From: an uncultured Acidobacteriota bacterium
Lineage (GTDB): Bacteria; Acidobacteriota; Thermoanaerobaculia; UBA5066; Gp7-AA6
Assembly (NCBI GenBank): GCA_963764715.1
Contig: CAVXTP010000002.1
Coordinates: forward strand, 1 to 64,000
Direction of reading: 5' to 3'
DNA: 64,000 nt
Part shown: positions 1-10,877 of the stretch, in pieces
Layout of the letters: each line of letters begins with the position of its first letter
How positions within the stretch are numbered: the first letter of the stretch is position 1
Made by a program: the position numbers and the translations under genes
Notes under the pieces: generated by a model
Database searches by the model: none
What the model was told of the DNA's origin: nothing
The model's input: only the letters and a program-made list of their open reading frames with translations

Positions 1-592
1 TTCGCCGATGGAGATCGCCGGTGCCTACGGCGCGCTCGCCAACAGCGGCGTGCGCGTCGCCCCCAACGCCATCGTCGGCGTCATGACGGGCGACGGGCGC
101 GTCCTCGACCGGAAGGCCACGCAGCTCGCGCCGGCGCTGCCGGCCGACGCGGTGTTCCTGGTGAACTCGGTCCTCCAGGGCGCGGCCACCCGCGGAACGG
201 GGGCCGGGGCGCGCTCCCGCGGCCTGACCGGCGTGCTCGCCGGGAAGACCGGCACGACCAACGACGGGCGCGACGCCTGGTTCGTGGGCTTCTCCCCGAG
301 GTTTCTCTCCGTCGTCTGGGTCGGGTACGACGACAACCGCGGCCTGAATCTCTCGGGCACGCAGGCAGCCGTGCCCGTCTTCGCGGATTTCTCGCGCTCC
401 GTGCCCGCCCAGTACTTCGCGGAGCCGTTTCCCGTCCCCTCCGACATCGTGACGGCCGAGATCGATCCCGACACGGGCTTCCTCGCGTCACCCGGCTGTC
501 CCCGCACCATGACGGAGGTCTTCATCGAGGGGACCGCGCCGACGACGGCGTGCCCGATGCACGGCGGCGGAGGTTCCGCGGGAACGCAGTAA
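1..592 (+). CDS. Class A penicillin-binding protein (PBP1A/1B), C-terminal transpeptidase part; 5' end outside window
   Basis: [18 protein letters not shown] (KTG motif), VWVGYDD, C-terminal [10 protein letters not shown] tail. Confidence 0.9.
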   Translation, partial: SPMEIAGAYGALANSGVRVAPNAIVGVMTGDGRVLDRKATQLAPALPADAVFLVNSVLQGAATRGTGAGARSRGLTGVLAGKTGTTNDGRDAWFVGFSPRFLSVVWVGYDDNRGLNLSGTQAAVPVFADFSRSVPAQYFAEPFPVPSDIVTAEIDPDTGFLASPGCPRTMTEVFIEGTAPTTACPMHGGGGSAGTQ

Positions 593-638
593 CTCCTCCG
601 CCTGCCGCCGCCCCTCCGACTCTGGTAGATTCGGCGGT

Positions 639-3562
639 TTGAAGAAGCCACCCAGAGAGGCCCGTCCCTCTCCCATACGGATCCGGGGAGCGCGGACCCA
701 TAACCTCCAGAACATCTCGGTCGACATCCCCATCGGGCAGCTGACCGTCATCACCGGCGTCTCGGGGTCGGGGAAGTCCTCGCTCGCCTTCGACACGCTC
801 TACGCCGAGGGGCAGCGCCGGTACGCGGAGTCGCTCTCGACCTACGCGCGGCAGTTCCTCGAGCGGCTCGACCGCCCCGACGCCGACTCGATCGAGCCGG
901 TGCCGCCGGCGATCGCGCTCGAGCAGAAGAACGGCGTGCGCAACGCCCGCTCGACCGTCGGGACGCAGACCGAGATCCACGACGCGCTCCGGCTCCTCTT
1001 TGCTCACGGGGGGACGACCTTCTGCCCCGACTGCGGCGAGGCCGCCGTGCCCGGAGGCGTCGACCGGGCCGTCGAGGAGCTGTGCGCCTCCGAGGCGGGC
1101 CATCGCGCGACGCTCGTGGCGCCGGTGAGTGGAAGGACCCGGCCGCGCCGGCCGGAGGCCGCCGAAAGCGGGGCAAGAGCGACGCGGCCCGGCTCGCCGA
1201 GTACCGGCGGGGCGGCTTCTTCCGCGCCGTTTCGCCGGAAGGGGAGACCATCGAGATCGGGGATGACGCCGAGGGGCTGCTCGACCCGCAGGGACGGCTG
1301 CCGATCGTCGTCGGCCGGTTCGTCGTCGGCGAGGCGGCGCGGCCCGAGATCGCCGCGGCCGCCGAATCGGCGTTCGCTCTGGCGGGAACGCTCGAAGCTC
1401 GTCTCGAGGAGCGCGTGCGCGTCTTCCGGCGCGGCCTTCACTGCCCGCGGTGCGGGCGCGAGTTCCGCGACCCCACGCCGCCGATGTTCGCGTTCAACTC
1501 CCCGCTCGGCGCGTGTCCCGCCTGCCAGGGCTTCGGCCGCGTCATCGGCGTGGACATGGAGAAGGCGATCCCCGATCGCAGCCTCACGCTCGCCGAGCGG
1601 CCCGTCGCGCCGTGGAACACGCCCGCGTACGAGTCGGCCTACGACGATCTCTTCCGCGCCTGCCGGCGCTACTCGGTGCGGACGGACGTTCCGGTCTCGC
1701 GCCTCTCGGCGCACGAGCGCGAAGTCCTGATCCAGGGGCGGGGCGACTTCTACGGTGTGAAAGGCTTCTTCGACTGGCTCGAGACCAAGCGCTACAAGAT
1801 CCACGTCCGGGTCCTGCTCGCGCGCTACCGGGCCTACACCCCGTGCGACGCCTGCGGGGGGACGCGCCTGGCGCTGCCGGCCCTCTGGGTCCGCTTCCGG
1901 GGCCGGACGATCGCCGAGCTCGCGGACCTGCCCCTCGCGGAGACCCAGGCGCTCTTCGCGGAGCTGACGACGACGCCGGCCGAGCAGGAGCGGCTGGGCT
2001 CCGTCCTGGCCGAGGTGACCGCGCGGGTGCGCTACATGAACGAGGTCGGCCTCGGTTACCTGTCCCTCTCGCGTCCGGCCCGGACGCTCTCCGGCGGCGA
2101 GGCCCAGCGCATCGGGCTCGCGTCCGCGCTCGGCGGCTCCCTGACCGGCACCCTCTACGTCCTCGACGAGCCCACGATCGGCCTGCACGCGATCGACACG
2201 CGCCGCCTCCTGCGGATCCTGCGGCGCCTCGCCGATCGCGGCAACACGGTCGTCGTCGTGGAGCACGACCCGGAGGCCATGGAGGCCGCAGACCACGTGA
2301 TCGACCTCGGCCCCGGCGCCGGGAGCCTCGGCGGCCACGTGCTCTTCGAGGGTCCGCCCGGGCGCCCTGGCGCGCCTCAAGGGGTCGGCGACGGGGGAGC
2401 TGCTGCGCGCGAGGCAGACATCCGGCGCCAGGCGGCAGGAGGCGGGCGGCGGGAGGCAGGAGGCAGGAGGCAGGCGAGAAGCAAGAACGACAGTCGATCT
2501 CGGCCGGCGGGTGGTTCCCTTCCGGCGGGCCGAGGGAGTCGTCACGATCGTCGGCGCGCGGCAGAACAACCTGCGCGACCTGACGGTCCGCATCCCACTC
2601 GGCCGGCTCGTGTCGGTCGCCGGCGTCTCGGGTTCGGGCAAGTCGACGCTGGTGCGGGACGTGCTGCACAACGCCTATGCCCGCCGGGTCAAGGGCGCCG
2701 CGCAGTTCGACGTCGGCGAGCATGACCGCATCGACGGCCTCGCGTCGATCTCCGATCTCCTGCTCGTCGATCAGAGCCCCCTCGGCCGCTCGGCGCGCTC
2801 CAATCCCGTGACCTACACGAAGGCCTGGGACGAGATCCGCCAGACGTTCGCGAAGTCCGGCAAGGCCATGTCGCGCGGCATCTCGGCGCGCGACTTCTCC
2901 TTCAACTCCGCCGGCGGCCGCTGCGAGGCCTGCCGCGGGACCGGCTGGCAGACGATCGACATGCAGTTCCTGGCCGACGTGACGGTGCGCTGCGACGTCT
3001 GCGACGGCCGCCGGTTCCAGAGCCGCGTCCTCGCCGTGCGGCTGCGGGGCAAGAACATCGACGACGTCCTCGAGATGACCATCGACGACGCGGCCGTCTT
3101 CTTCGCCGGGGAGGAGAAGATCGTCCGGCGGCTCGAGCCGCTGCGCGAGGCCGGCCTCGGGTACATGCGCCTCGGGCAGCCGACGGCCACGTTCTCGGGC
3201 GGCGAGGCGCAGCGCCTGAAGCTCGCGGCCTTCCTCGGGATCCGGCCCGCGTCGACCCGCGGCGCCCTCTTTCTCTTCGACGAGCCCACGACGGGCCTGC
3301 ACGCGCAGGGACGTCGACCGGCTGCTCGCGACGCTGCGCCGGCTGATCGCGCGCGGCCACTCCGTGCTCGCCGTCGAGCACCACCTCGGCTTCCTCGAGG
3401 CGTCCGACTGGATCATCGAGCTCGGCCCCGGCGGCGGACGCGAGGGAGGGCGGATCATCGCCGAGGGAACCCCGGCGGACATCCGGCGCAGCCCCTCGAG
3501 CGTCACCGGCCCGATTCCTGTTCGGCGCTCGCGCCCGAGGAGCGCGCGGCGACCCCCTATAA
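639..3562 (+). CDS. uvrA: Excinuclease ABC subunit A (UvrA family); reconstructed across indels at ~1127, ~2361, ~3309, ~3511
   Basis: [52 protein letters not shown], second [32 protein letters not shown] spread over three frames; TAA 3560-3562 overlaps next ATG. Confidence 0.9.
2424..2486 (+). repeat. Nine degenerate heptamers (GGAGGCA consensus), 63 bp, in frame within the uvrA linker
   Basis: ggcgcca ggcggca ggaggcg ggcggcg ggaggca ggaggca ggaggca ggcgaga agcaaga. Confidence 0.8.
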
Positions 3563-6500
3563 TGCGACGGAGATTCCCTAGCTCGCGCGCTCAAACCGTG
3601 CCGAACTCCTCGAGACGAAACGCTTCGAGCCGACTCGCGGCTCTCGCCGGGGGTCTGACGCTTCTGGCCGCGTACGCGCTCGTCGCGGCCCCGCCGGCCG
3701 CGACGGGTGTCGCGCCCTTCGAGGGCCGCTTCGAGTTCCGGACGTACACCAAGGAGGAAGGGCTCGAGGACCTGTCGGTCGAATGCGTGATCCAGGACCG
3801 GGTCGGCTACATCTGGGTCGGAACCGACGACGGCCTCTTCCGATACGACGGCCGTCGTTTCCGCAAGTTCGGCCACGAGGACGGGCTGCCGCGCCTGCGC
3901 ATCTACCAGGTCCACGAGACGGCGAACGGCCGGTTCTACGTCGCGACCGGCGGGGGCCTCGCGCGGTACCAGGGCGGGCGGTTCGTCGTTCTCGGCGAGA
4001 AGGAGGGCCTCGGGGTCTTCGCCGTCGGCCACCAGGGCGTGGCGTCCGACGCCACCGGGACGGTGTACGTCGGGACCGATCGCGGCCTCTACTCGGGCCG
4101 GGACGACCGCTTCAAGTTCGACAAGGAAGCCAACTCGCTCGGCTCGGGGCCGGTCAGCGCCGTGCACGTCGACCCGGCGAGGCGCCCTGTACTTCTCGCG
4201 CAGCGGCCTCGCTCTACCGGAAGGAGTCGGGTCGGGCAGTGGAGTTCGGGCGCCCGCGCGGCCTTCCCTCCGACGAGACTCTCGACGACGTCCGGACCGA
4301 CACCGCGGGCCGCCTCTGGGTCCGCACGGTCAAGCGGCTGTTCGTCCTCCCGCGGGGCGCCCAGCGCTTCGAGCGGGCCGACGAGGGGCTTCCCGAGTCG
4401 AGCGAGGTCGGGCGCCTCGGCCTCGACGACCGCGGAGAGATCCTGGTTCCGACGGTGCAGGGACTCGCCAGTCCGCGAGGGCGCTTCGTGGCGGCTGATC
4501 GGCCGCCGGGAGGGCCTCGCGGTCGAGACGGCGCTCGCCGCGATCGTCGACCGGGAGGGCTCGCTCTGGATCGGGCTGCTCGGAGGAGGCCTCGCGCGAC
4601 GCGTCGGGCACGGACAGTTCACCAGCTGGTCGGCGGCGGACGGCCTGTCGCACGAGGTCGTGTGGGCCGTGGCGCGCGAGAAGTCGGCCTCGGGACCGGG
4701 CGCGGTCTGGGTCGGCACCGAGCAGGGATTGAGCCGCATCGACCCGAAGACCGGCGCGGTGCGCGTTTACCACGATTCCGACGGCCTCGCGGGCAACACC
4801 GTCAACGCGCTCGCCGCCGGCGAGGACGGCACGATCTGGGCCGGCTCGTGGCCCGGAGGCGTGACGCGCTTTTCGCCCGACGGAAAGCTCCGGCGATTTC
4901 CGGCCGACGACGTTTCGCCCGAGCAATTCCGCGTCGCGGCGATCCACGTCCGGCCCGACGGCGAGATCTGGGTGGGCGCGGTCAGCGGCCTCTACCGGCT
5001 TCGGCGCGGCGGCGACCGGCTCGAGCGCGTGACGATCGGGCGGGAAAAGCCGGACAACATCCGCGGCTTCGCCGAGGACCCGTCCGGCGTCCTGTATGCC
5101 GCCAGCAAGCAGGGCGTCCTCCGCGTCAACGGGCCGGCGCCTCGAAAGTTCACCGTCCGCGACGGCCTGAAGGAGGACTTCGTCTCCTCGATCGCCTTCG
5201 CGTCCGACGGCAGCCTCGTGATCGCCTACCGCGAAGCGATCGGCGCGGCCAGGATCATCCTGCAGGGGGACCGCCTCACGGTCCGGCCCATCGATGCGTC
5301 GACGGGCCTCGTCTCGAACAAGGTCGTCCTCGTCGGCCGGGACGCCGCGGGAGCGATGTGGATCGGCACGGGGTCGGGCGCCGACGTGTACGGCGCCGAC
5401 TGGACGCTCGTCGCCCGGTACGGGCGGCTCGACGGCATGATCAGCGAGGACCTGGATCAGAATGCGTTCCTGGCGGAGCCCGACGGCACCGTGTGGCTGG
5501 GCTCGAGCCGGGGCCTGATCCGCTCCCAGGCGGGGATTCCGCCGGCCCCCGAGCCCCCTCCGACCGTCGTCCTGACGAACGTCAGCGCCGGCGACCGCCC
5601 GCTCAGCGCGACGGCGGAGGCTTCGGTTCCCCCGAACGAGCGCAACGTCAGCGTGTCCTGGGCCGGCCTGACGTACGTCGAGCCGCGCAAGATCCGCTAC
5701 CGCCACCGCATGGCGGGGCTCGTCGACCAGTACACCGAGACCGAGCTGACCGAGGCGCGCTTTCCGGCCCTCCCGAGCGGCCGCTATCGCTTCGAGGTGC
5801 TCTGCGTTTCGGCGCGCGGCAAGGTGTCGGTGACGCCGGCCGTCTTCACGCTCGAGGTCCGGCCCGCGTGGTGGCAGAGCGTCTGGGCGCGCGCCCTGTG
5901 GGTCCTCGCGGCGGCGGCCGCGCTGACCGCCTTCGTGCGGTGGCGCACGCGGCACCTCGAGGCCGAGCGGCGGCGGCTGGAGGAGGCCGTGGCCGCGCGC
6001 AGCGCGGAGCTCGCCGCGGCCAACCGCGAGCTGCGCGAGGCTTCCTTCACCGACGCGCTGACGGGGGCCCGCAACCGGCGCTTCTTCTCGACCGTCATCG
6101 AGGACGACGTCAACCGCACGCTCCGCGTGCACTCGACGCCCCCGGCCAACCGGCCGCGCAACTGCGACCTGATCTTCTACATCGTCGACATCGACCACTT
6201 CAAGGAGATCAATGACGAGTTCGGCCACGACCGGGGCGACGGCGTGCTCGCGGAAATGGCGCGGCGGCTGACGGGCGTGGTGCGCGACTCGGACCGGCTG
6301 ATCCGGTGGGGCGGGGAGGAGTTCCTCCTGATCTCGCGCGACGCGGACCGGACGCGCGGCGACGTCCTCGCGGGGCGCGTCATGACGGCCGTGGGCTCGG
6401 AGCCGTTCGACATCGGCGGAGGCCAGAAGGTGCGCCGGACCTGCTCGGTCGGGTGGGCGCCGTTCCCCTGGTACCCGGACTCGACCCGCACGTTCGCCTT

Positions 6501-6708
6501 CACGGAGGTGTTGAAGCTCGCCGACCGCGCGATGTACCTCGCCAAGCAGTCCGGGCGCAACCGCTCGGTCGGCGTCGTCCCGTCGGGGCCCTACTCCGAA
6601 GTCGGCGGCCGGAACGGGGACTGGTGGGAGAAGCCCCTGAGCGACGCCGAGGGCTCGGCCGTCGCGATCGTGCGCACGGGGGGGCCGGTCATCGTGGCCG
6701 AGGACTGA
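3562..6708 (+). CDS. Membrane diguanylate cyclase with beta-propeller (Reg_prop) sensor and Y_Y_Y domain; compensating indels ~4180-4470
   Basis: Hydrophobic N-terminus, repeated IWVGT/LWIG blades and DGL motifs, YRHRM..GRYRFEV, PAWWQS plus TM helix, DALTG..NRR, DIDHFK, RDSD I-site, RWGGEEF. Confidence 0.88.
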   Translation: MRRRFPSSRAQTVPNSSRRNASSRLAALAGGLTLLAAYALVAAPPAATGVAPFEGRFEFRTYTKEEGLEDLSVECVIQDRVGYIWVGTDDGLFRYDGRRFRKFGHEDGLPRLRIYQVHETANGRFYVATGGGLARYQGGRFVVLGEKEGLGVFAVGHQGVASDATGTVYVGTDRGLYSGRDDRFKFDKEANSLGSGPVSAVHVDPARRPVLLAQRPRSTGRSRVGQWSSGARAAFPPTRLSTTSGPTPRAASGSARSSGCSSSRGAPSASSGPTRGFPSRARSGASASTTAERSWFRRCRDSPVREGASWRLIGRREGLAVETALAAIVDREGSLWIGLLGGGLARRVGHGQFTSWSAADGLSHEVVWAVAREKSASGPGAVWVGTEQGLSRIDPKTGAVRVYHDSDGLAGNTVNALAAGEDGTIWAGSWPGGVTRFSPDGKLRRFPADDVSPEQFRVAAIHVRPDGEIWVGAVSGLYRLRRGGDRLERVTIGREKPDNIRGFAEDPSGVLYAASKQGVLRVNGPAPRKFTVRDGLKEDFVSSIAFASDGSLVIAYREAIGAARIILQGDRLTVRPIDASTGLVSNKVVLVGRDAAGAMWIGTGSGADVYGADWTLVARYGRLDGMISEDLDQNAFLAEPDGTVWLGSSRGLIRSQAGIPPAPEPPPTVVLTNVSAGDRPLSATAEASVPPNERNVSVSWAGLTYVEPRKIRYRHRMAGLVDQYTETELTEARFPALPSGRYRFEVLCVSARGKVSVTPAVFTLEVRPAWWQSVWARALWVLAAAAALTAFVRWRTRHLEAERRRLEEAVAARSAELAAANRELREASFTDALTGARNRRFFSTVIEDDVNRTLRVHSTPPANRPRNCDLIFYIVDIDHFKEINDEFGHDRGDGVLAEMARRLTGVVRDSDRLIRWGGEEFLLISRDADRTRGDVLAGRVMTAVGSEPFDIGGGQKVRRTCSVGWAPFPWYPDSTRTFAFTEVLKLADRAMYLAKQSGRNRSVGVVPSGPYSEVGGRNGDWWEKPLSDAEGSAVAIVRTGGPVIVAED

Positions 6709-6711
6709 GCC

Positions 6712-6736
6712 GAAACCTCCGGCCGGGGTCGGCGTA
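6712..6736 (+). promoter_or_regulatory. Candidate ECF sigma (SigW-like) promoter
   Basis: GAAAC-N16-CGTA 20 nt upstream of ATG 6757; GGAGG RBS follows. Confidence 0.55.
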
Positions 6737-6756
6737 TCCGGAGGCGGGAGGTCGCC

Positions 6757-7679
6757 ATGACGACACGCTGGATACGGGTCCTCGCCTCGGCCGCGGTCCT
6801 CGCGCTGTGCGCTTCGGCGGCGACGGCCGGCCAAAGAAATCGCAACGTCTCGGTCCGCGACGGCGAGAATCCGTCGAGCTGCGCCGACATCCGGGTCCTC
6901 TTCGGCGACCGGCCGGCGGCCCGCGCGGAGGAACGGCTGACCGTCCCCGTGCCCGCCGGAGGAACGCTGTACGTCGAGGCGGCCCGCAACTCCGGCGCCC
7001 ACGTCCGGGAGGCCGACCGCACCGACTTCGAGATCGTGGCGTGCAAGGCCGCACCGGTCCGCCGACGACCTCGTCCGCGATCGCGCTCGAGCGCTCCGGC
7101 GACAGGGTGACGGTGCGCGGCCCCGCCGACGAGGACTGGGTCGGCTATCTCCTCGTCGTGGCGCCGCGCGGCGCGTCCCTCGAGATCTCGGCCCAGAACG
7201 GCCCGATCGGCCTCGCGGGGCTGTCCGGCCGCGTCGTCGCGAGCACGCGCAACGGACCGATCTCGGTCCACGATTCCGCGGGCGATCTCGACCTGCACGC
7301 CCAGAACGGCCCGATCGAGTTCGAGGGCGCGGGCGGCAAGCTGCGGATGCGGACCGAGAACGGACCGATCGAAGTCGAGCTCTCCGGCGACTCCTGGACC
7401 GGCGACGGCCTCGACGCCCGCGCCGTCAACGGGCCCGTCTCGCTCGCGATCCCCGCGGGCTACCGGTCGGGAGCGGTCGTGGAGTCGCGCGGGCACTCGC
7501 CGTTCCAGTGCCGCGGCGAGGCATGCGCGGGCGCGCGGCGGACCTGGGACGACGACCACCGGCGGATCGAGCTCGGCGACGGGCCGGCCCTCGTGAGGCT
7601 CTCGACCGAGAACGGCCCGGTGTCGGTGCGCTCCGGATCGGGCGCGGGCCGGGCGGACGCCGACGAAGAGGACGAGTGA
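6757..7679 (+). CDS. Secreted DUF4097-like beta-strand repeat protein; indel ~7060
   Basis: Signal peptide; repeated QNGPI/RNGPI/ENGPI/VNGPV motifs. Confidence 0.75.
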
Positions 7680-7703
7680 GCGGCCCGGGGCCGCGGGCGG
7701 GCG

Positions 7704-8201
7704 CTAGGGCCGGCCCGGCTCTTTCAGGAACTCCACGAGGGCGGCGCGGTTGCGATAGCCCTCGTGCTTGCCGATGAGGCGCCCGTCCGGCGCGGCGACG
7801 ACGAGGGTCGGGAAGCCCGAGATCTCGTAGCGGCGCTGGAGCTCGTCGACGTCCGGCGCGTTGCGCCCGTCCTCGCGCGCGCGGTCCACCACGCGGACCG
7901 GAACGAAGCCCGCGTTGACCCGGTCGGCGACCTCGGGCGCCTCCCAGTCCCGGTCGACGAGCTTGCACGGGCCGCACCACGCCGCGGTGAAGTCGTAGAG
8001 GATCGGCTTGCCGGCCTTCGCGGCCCGAGCGGCCGCCTCGTCGCGGGGCTGCCAGCGGATGAGGCCCGTGCCCTCGGCGCCGCCCCGGTCCATGACCGCC
8101 GTGACGATCCGGAAGAGGACCGCCGCGACGAGCGCCCAGAGCAGGACGGGCGAGAGCCGCGACTGCGACTGGGGAACCGGGACCGTCTCAGTCCTGTCCA
8201 T
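7704..8201 (-). CDS. Membrane-anchored thioredoxin-family protein
   Basis: N-terminal TM helix, YDFTAAWCGPC, GFPTLVV. Confidence 0.85.
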   Translation of the reverse strand: MDRTETVPVPQSQSRLSPVLLWALVAAVLFRIVTAVMDRGGAEGTGLIRWQPRDEAAARAAKAGKPILYDFTAAWCGPCKLVDRDWEAPEVADRVNAGFVPVRVVDRAREDGRNAPDVDELQRRYEISGFPTLVVAAPDGRLIGKHEGYRNRAALVEFLKEPGRP

Positions 8202-8887
8202 AGGCGAACTCCCGTCGGCTGAAGATCAGGGCGGCGGCGCAGAGAAGGACGACGGCCGCGAGCACGCCCCGTCCGGCCCCCGAGAGCGCCGCCGGCTCTC
8301 CCCGGAACACGCGCTCCCAGGCGACCTGCGCCAGGATCTCGCGCCGGCCGGCCTCGACGGCCTTCTGGAACCAGCCGACGTTGGACTGGATCGAAAGCAG
8401 GATCTGGAGACAGGCGACGGCGATGACGTCGCCGTAACCGGGCAGGAACGTCGAGAAGAAGATCAGCATCGCCGCCGTCTGGGCGGCGTGGAGGATGCCG
8501 TAGCCGACGTTGGCGACCATCCATGCGGGCTCGAGCGGCGGCCCGGAATCGTGCACGGCGGCCTTCACGACGACCGCGAACAGCGCGCAGGCCACGAGGA
8601 AGGCGGCGAACGCGAAGAGGATGCCGAGGTAGCGGCCGAAGAGATAGTCGGTGCGCCGGATCGGGCGGACGAGGATCATCTGGAGCGCCCCGCTCGAGGC
8701 GTCCCGGGAGACCGACGCCGCGGCGAGGACGAACAGGACGAGGTATCCGGCGCCGCCCGTCGGCGCCCGCCTGTCCTCCGGACGCGGCGATCGTGAAGGC
8801 CGACGCGACCGCGAAGAGGACGAGCACGACGAGCGTTCCGGCGCTGCGCGACTTCTGCCGCAGGAACCGGCGGACCATCTCGGTCAC
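8188..8887 (-). CDS. ABC-2 type permease; indel(s) ~8760-8775
   Basis: VSRDASSGALQMILVRPIRRTDYLFGRYLG (joined frames), multiple TM helices; overlaps upstream ATPase stop. Confidence 0.75.
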
Positions 8888-9795
8888 GACGGGGGCGCCT
8901 CGCGAAAGAGCTCCTCGAGCTCGGCGGAGGAGCGGACCTCGCGCACCGCGACGTCGGCGAGCGCGAGGGCCTTGACCGCCCGCGCGATCTCGGCGGGCCC
9001 GGCGTCCGCCAGGCGCAGCAGGCCGCCGTCGCCGGCCTCGACGGAGATCCCTTCGCGCCCGAGGACCTCGGCCGCCCGGGCGGCGTCCGCCGGGTCGACG
9101 CGGATCGCGGCGCGGCGTCTCGAGGCGGCCTCCCCGGTCAGCGTCTCGGAGCGCGCCAGCCGGCCGTGATCGATGAAGACGACGCGGTCGCAGACCTTTT
9201 CGACCTCGGGAAGCTGGTGGGAGTTGAGCACGATCGTCGCGCCCCGCGCCTTGGCCTCGAGGATCCGCTCGCGCACGGTGACGACGCCGAGGGGATCGGT
9301 GCCCGAGGCGGGCTCGTCGAGAAACAGGAGGTCGGGCCGGCCGAGCGTCGCCTGGGCGACGCCGATCCGCTGGAGCATCCCGCGCGAGTAGGTGCGGAGC
9401 CTGCGCGCGAGGGCGCCGGGCTCGAGGCCGACCCGCGCCGCCGCGTCCCGGACCTCGGCGTCGGTCCGCCCGGAGTCGCCGCCCGACAGCCGCCAGTGGA
9501 ACTCGAGGAAGTCCGAGCCGGTCAGGTCGCGGTCGAACCCCAGCCGCTCGGGCATGTAGCCGGTCCGGGCGCGGATCGAGAGGTCGTCGGCCGGCCGGCC
9601 GTCGATCCGGATGGACCCGGAGTCCGGGCGCAGGAACCCGAGCAGGCACGACAGCAGCGTCGTCTTGCCGGCCCCGTTGGGGCCGATCAGGCCGACCGTC
9701 TCGCCCCTCCGGACCTCCAGGGAAACGCCGTCGAGCGCCCGGGTTCGCCGACCGAAGCGGCCGTAGGTCTTCGAGACGTTCTCGACCGCGATCAC
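8884..9795 (-). CDS. ABC transporter ATP-binding protein
   Basis: GPNGAGKTT, YSRGMLQR, LFLDEP, SH switch. Confidence 0.93.
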   Translation of the reverse strand: MIAVENVSKTYGRFGRRTRALDGVSLEVRRGETVGLIGPNGAGKTTLLSCLLGFLRPDSGSIRIDGRPADDLSIRARTGYMPERLGFDRDLTGSDFLEFHWRLSGGDSGRTDAEVRDAAARVGLEPGALARRLRTYSRGMLQRIGVAQATLGRPDLLFLDEPASGTDPLGVVTVRERILEAKARGATIVLNSHQLPEVEKVCDRVVFIDHGRLARSETLTGEAASRRRAAIRVDPADAARAAEVLGREGISVEAGDGGLLRLADAGPAEIARAVKALALADVAVREVRSSAELEELFREAPPS

Positions 9796-9878
9796 GCCGC
9801 GAATGATACGCGACCCGGTTTTTCGGGAATATGCATTATCCTTCCGCGATTTCTTAACGCGGTTTCCCCGAAGCTCGC

Positions 9879-10877
9879 ATGATCGAAGTTCAAAACCTCT
9901 CGAAGCGCTACCCGACGCGGCTCGCGGTGGACGACGTCACCTTCTCCGTGCGGGAGGGCGAGATCGTCGGCTTCCTCGGGCCCAACGGCGCCGGGAAGAC
10001 CACCACGATGCGCGTGCTGACGGGGTTCCTCCCGCCGACTTCGGGAACGGCGCGGGTCTCGGGCTTCGACGTCGTGACCCAGCCGAACGCGGCGCGCGGC
10101 TCGCTCGGGTACCTGCCGGAGTCCGCCGCCGCCTACACGGAGATGCGGGTGGGCGAGTACCTGGCGTTCCGGGCGCGACTGGAAGGCGTCCCGCGGGGAC
10201 AGGTCAAGGCCCGGGTGTCCGAGGCCATCGACCAGTGCCTGCTGGGCGAGGTCGCGGGGCGGAGGATCGAGAACCTCTCCAAGGGCTTCCGGCAGCGCAC
10301 GGCGCTCGCCGGTGCGCTCGTCCATCGCCCGCGCGTCCTGATCCTCGACGAGCCGACGATCGGGCTCGACCCCGTCCAGATCATCAAGATCCGGGAGACG
10401 ATCCGCCAGCTCGGCAAGGACCGCTCGGTCCTGCTCTCCACCCACATCCTGCCGGAGGTCGAGGCGGTCTGCGACCGCGTCCTCATCATCGACCGCGGAC
10501 GCATCGTCGCCGAAGGCACGCCGACGGAGCTCCGCAGCAAGCTCGCCGGCACGCCGGTCGTGCGGGCCGTCCTCCGCGGCGCCGTCGACGCGCGCGAGGC
10601 CCTCGCCGGCCTTCCGGGCGTCTCGGCGGTCGATCTCGAGGCCGCGCCGGGCGAGACGCGCGCGCGGCTGACGTGCCTGCAGGGCACGGACCCGCGCGAG
10701 GACGTCTTCCGCCTGGCGGTCGAGAAGGGCTGGGTGCTGCGCGAGCTCGCCCGCGAGGCCATGTCCCTCGAGGACGTTTTCGTCCGCCTGACGCGGCGCG
10801 ACGCCGCGGCCCCGGAAGCCGACGCGCCCGGGCCCGAGGCCGCGCCGGCGGCGGAAGGGGAGGGCCGGCCGTCGTGA
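9879..10877 (+). CDS. ABC transporter ATP-binding protein (GldA-like)
   Basis: [37 protein letters not shown]. Confidence 0.93.
   Translation: MIEVQNLSKRYPTRLAVDDVTFSVREGEIVGFLGPNGAGKTTTMRVLTGFLPPTSGTARVSGFDVVTQPNAARGSLGYLPESAAAYTEMRVGEYLAFRARLEGVPRGQVKARVSEAIDQCLLGEVAGRRIENLSKGFRQRTALAGALVHRPRVLILDEPTIGLDPVQIIKIRETIRQLGKDRSVLLSTHILPEVEAVCDRVLIIDRGRIVAEGTPTELRSKLAGTPVVRAVLRGAVDAREALAGLPGVSAVDLEAAPGETRARLTCLQGTDPREDVFRLAVEKGWVLRELAREAMSLEDVFVRLTRRDAAAPEADAPGPEAAPAAEGEGRPS

Noticed and set aside
3364-6708. Apparent UvrA tail-diguanylate cyclase fusion
   Set aside because: An indel near 3511 joins the frames; the TAATG junction at 3560-3564 separates the genes
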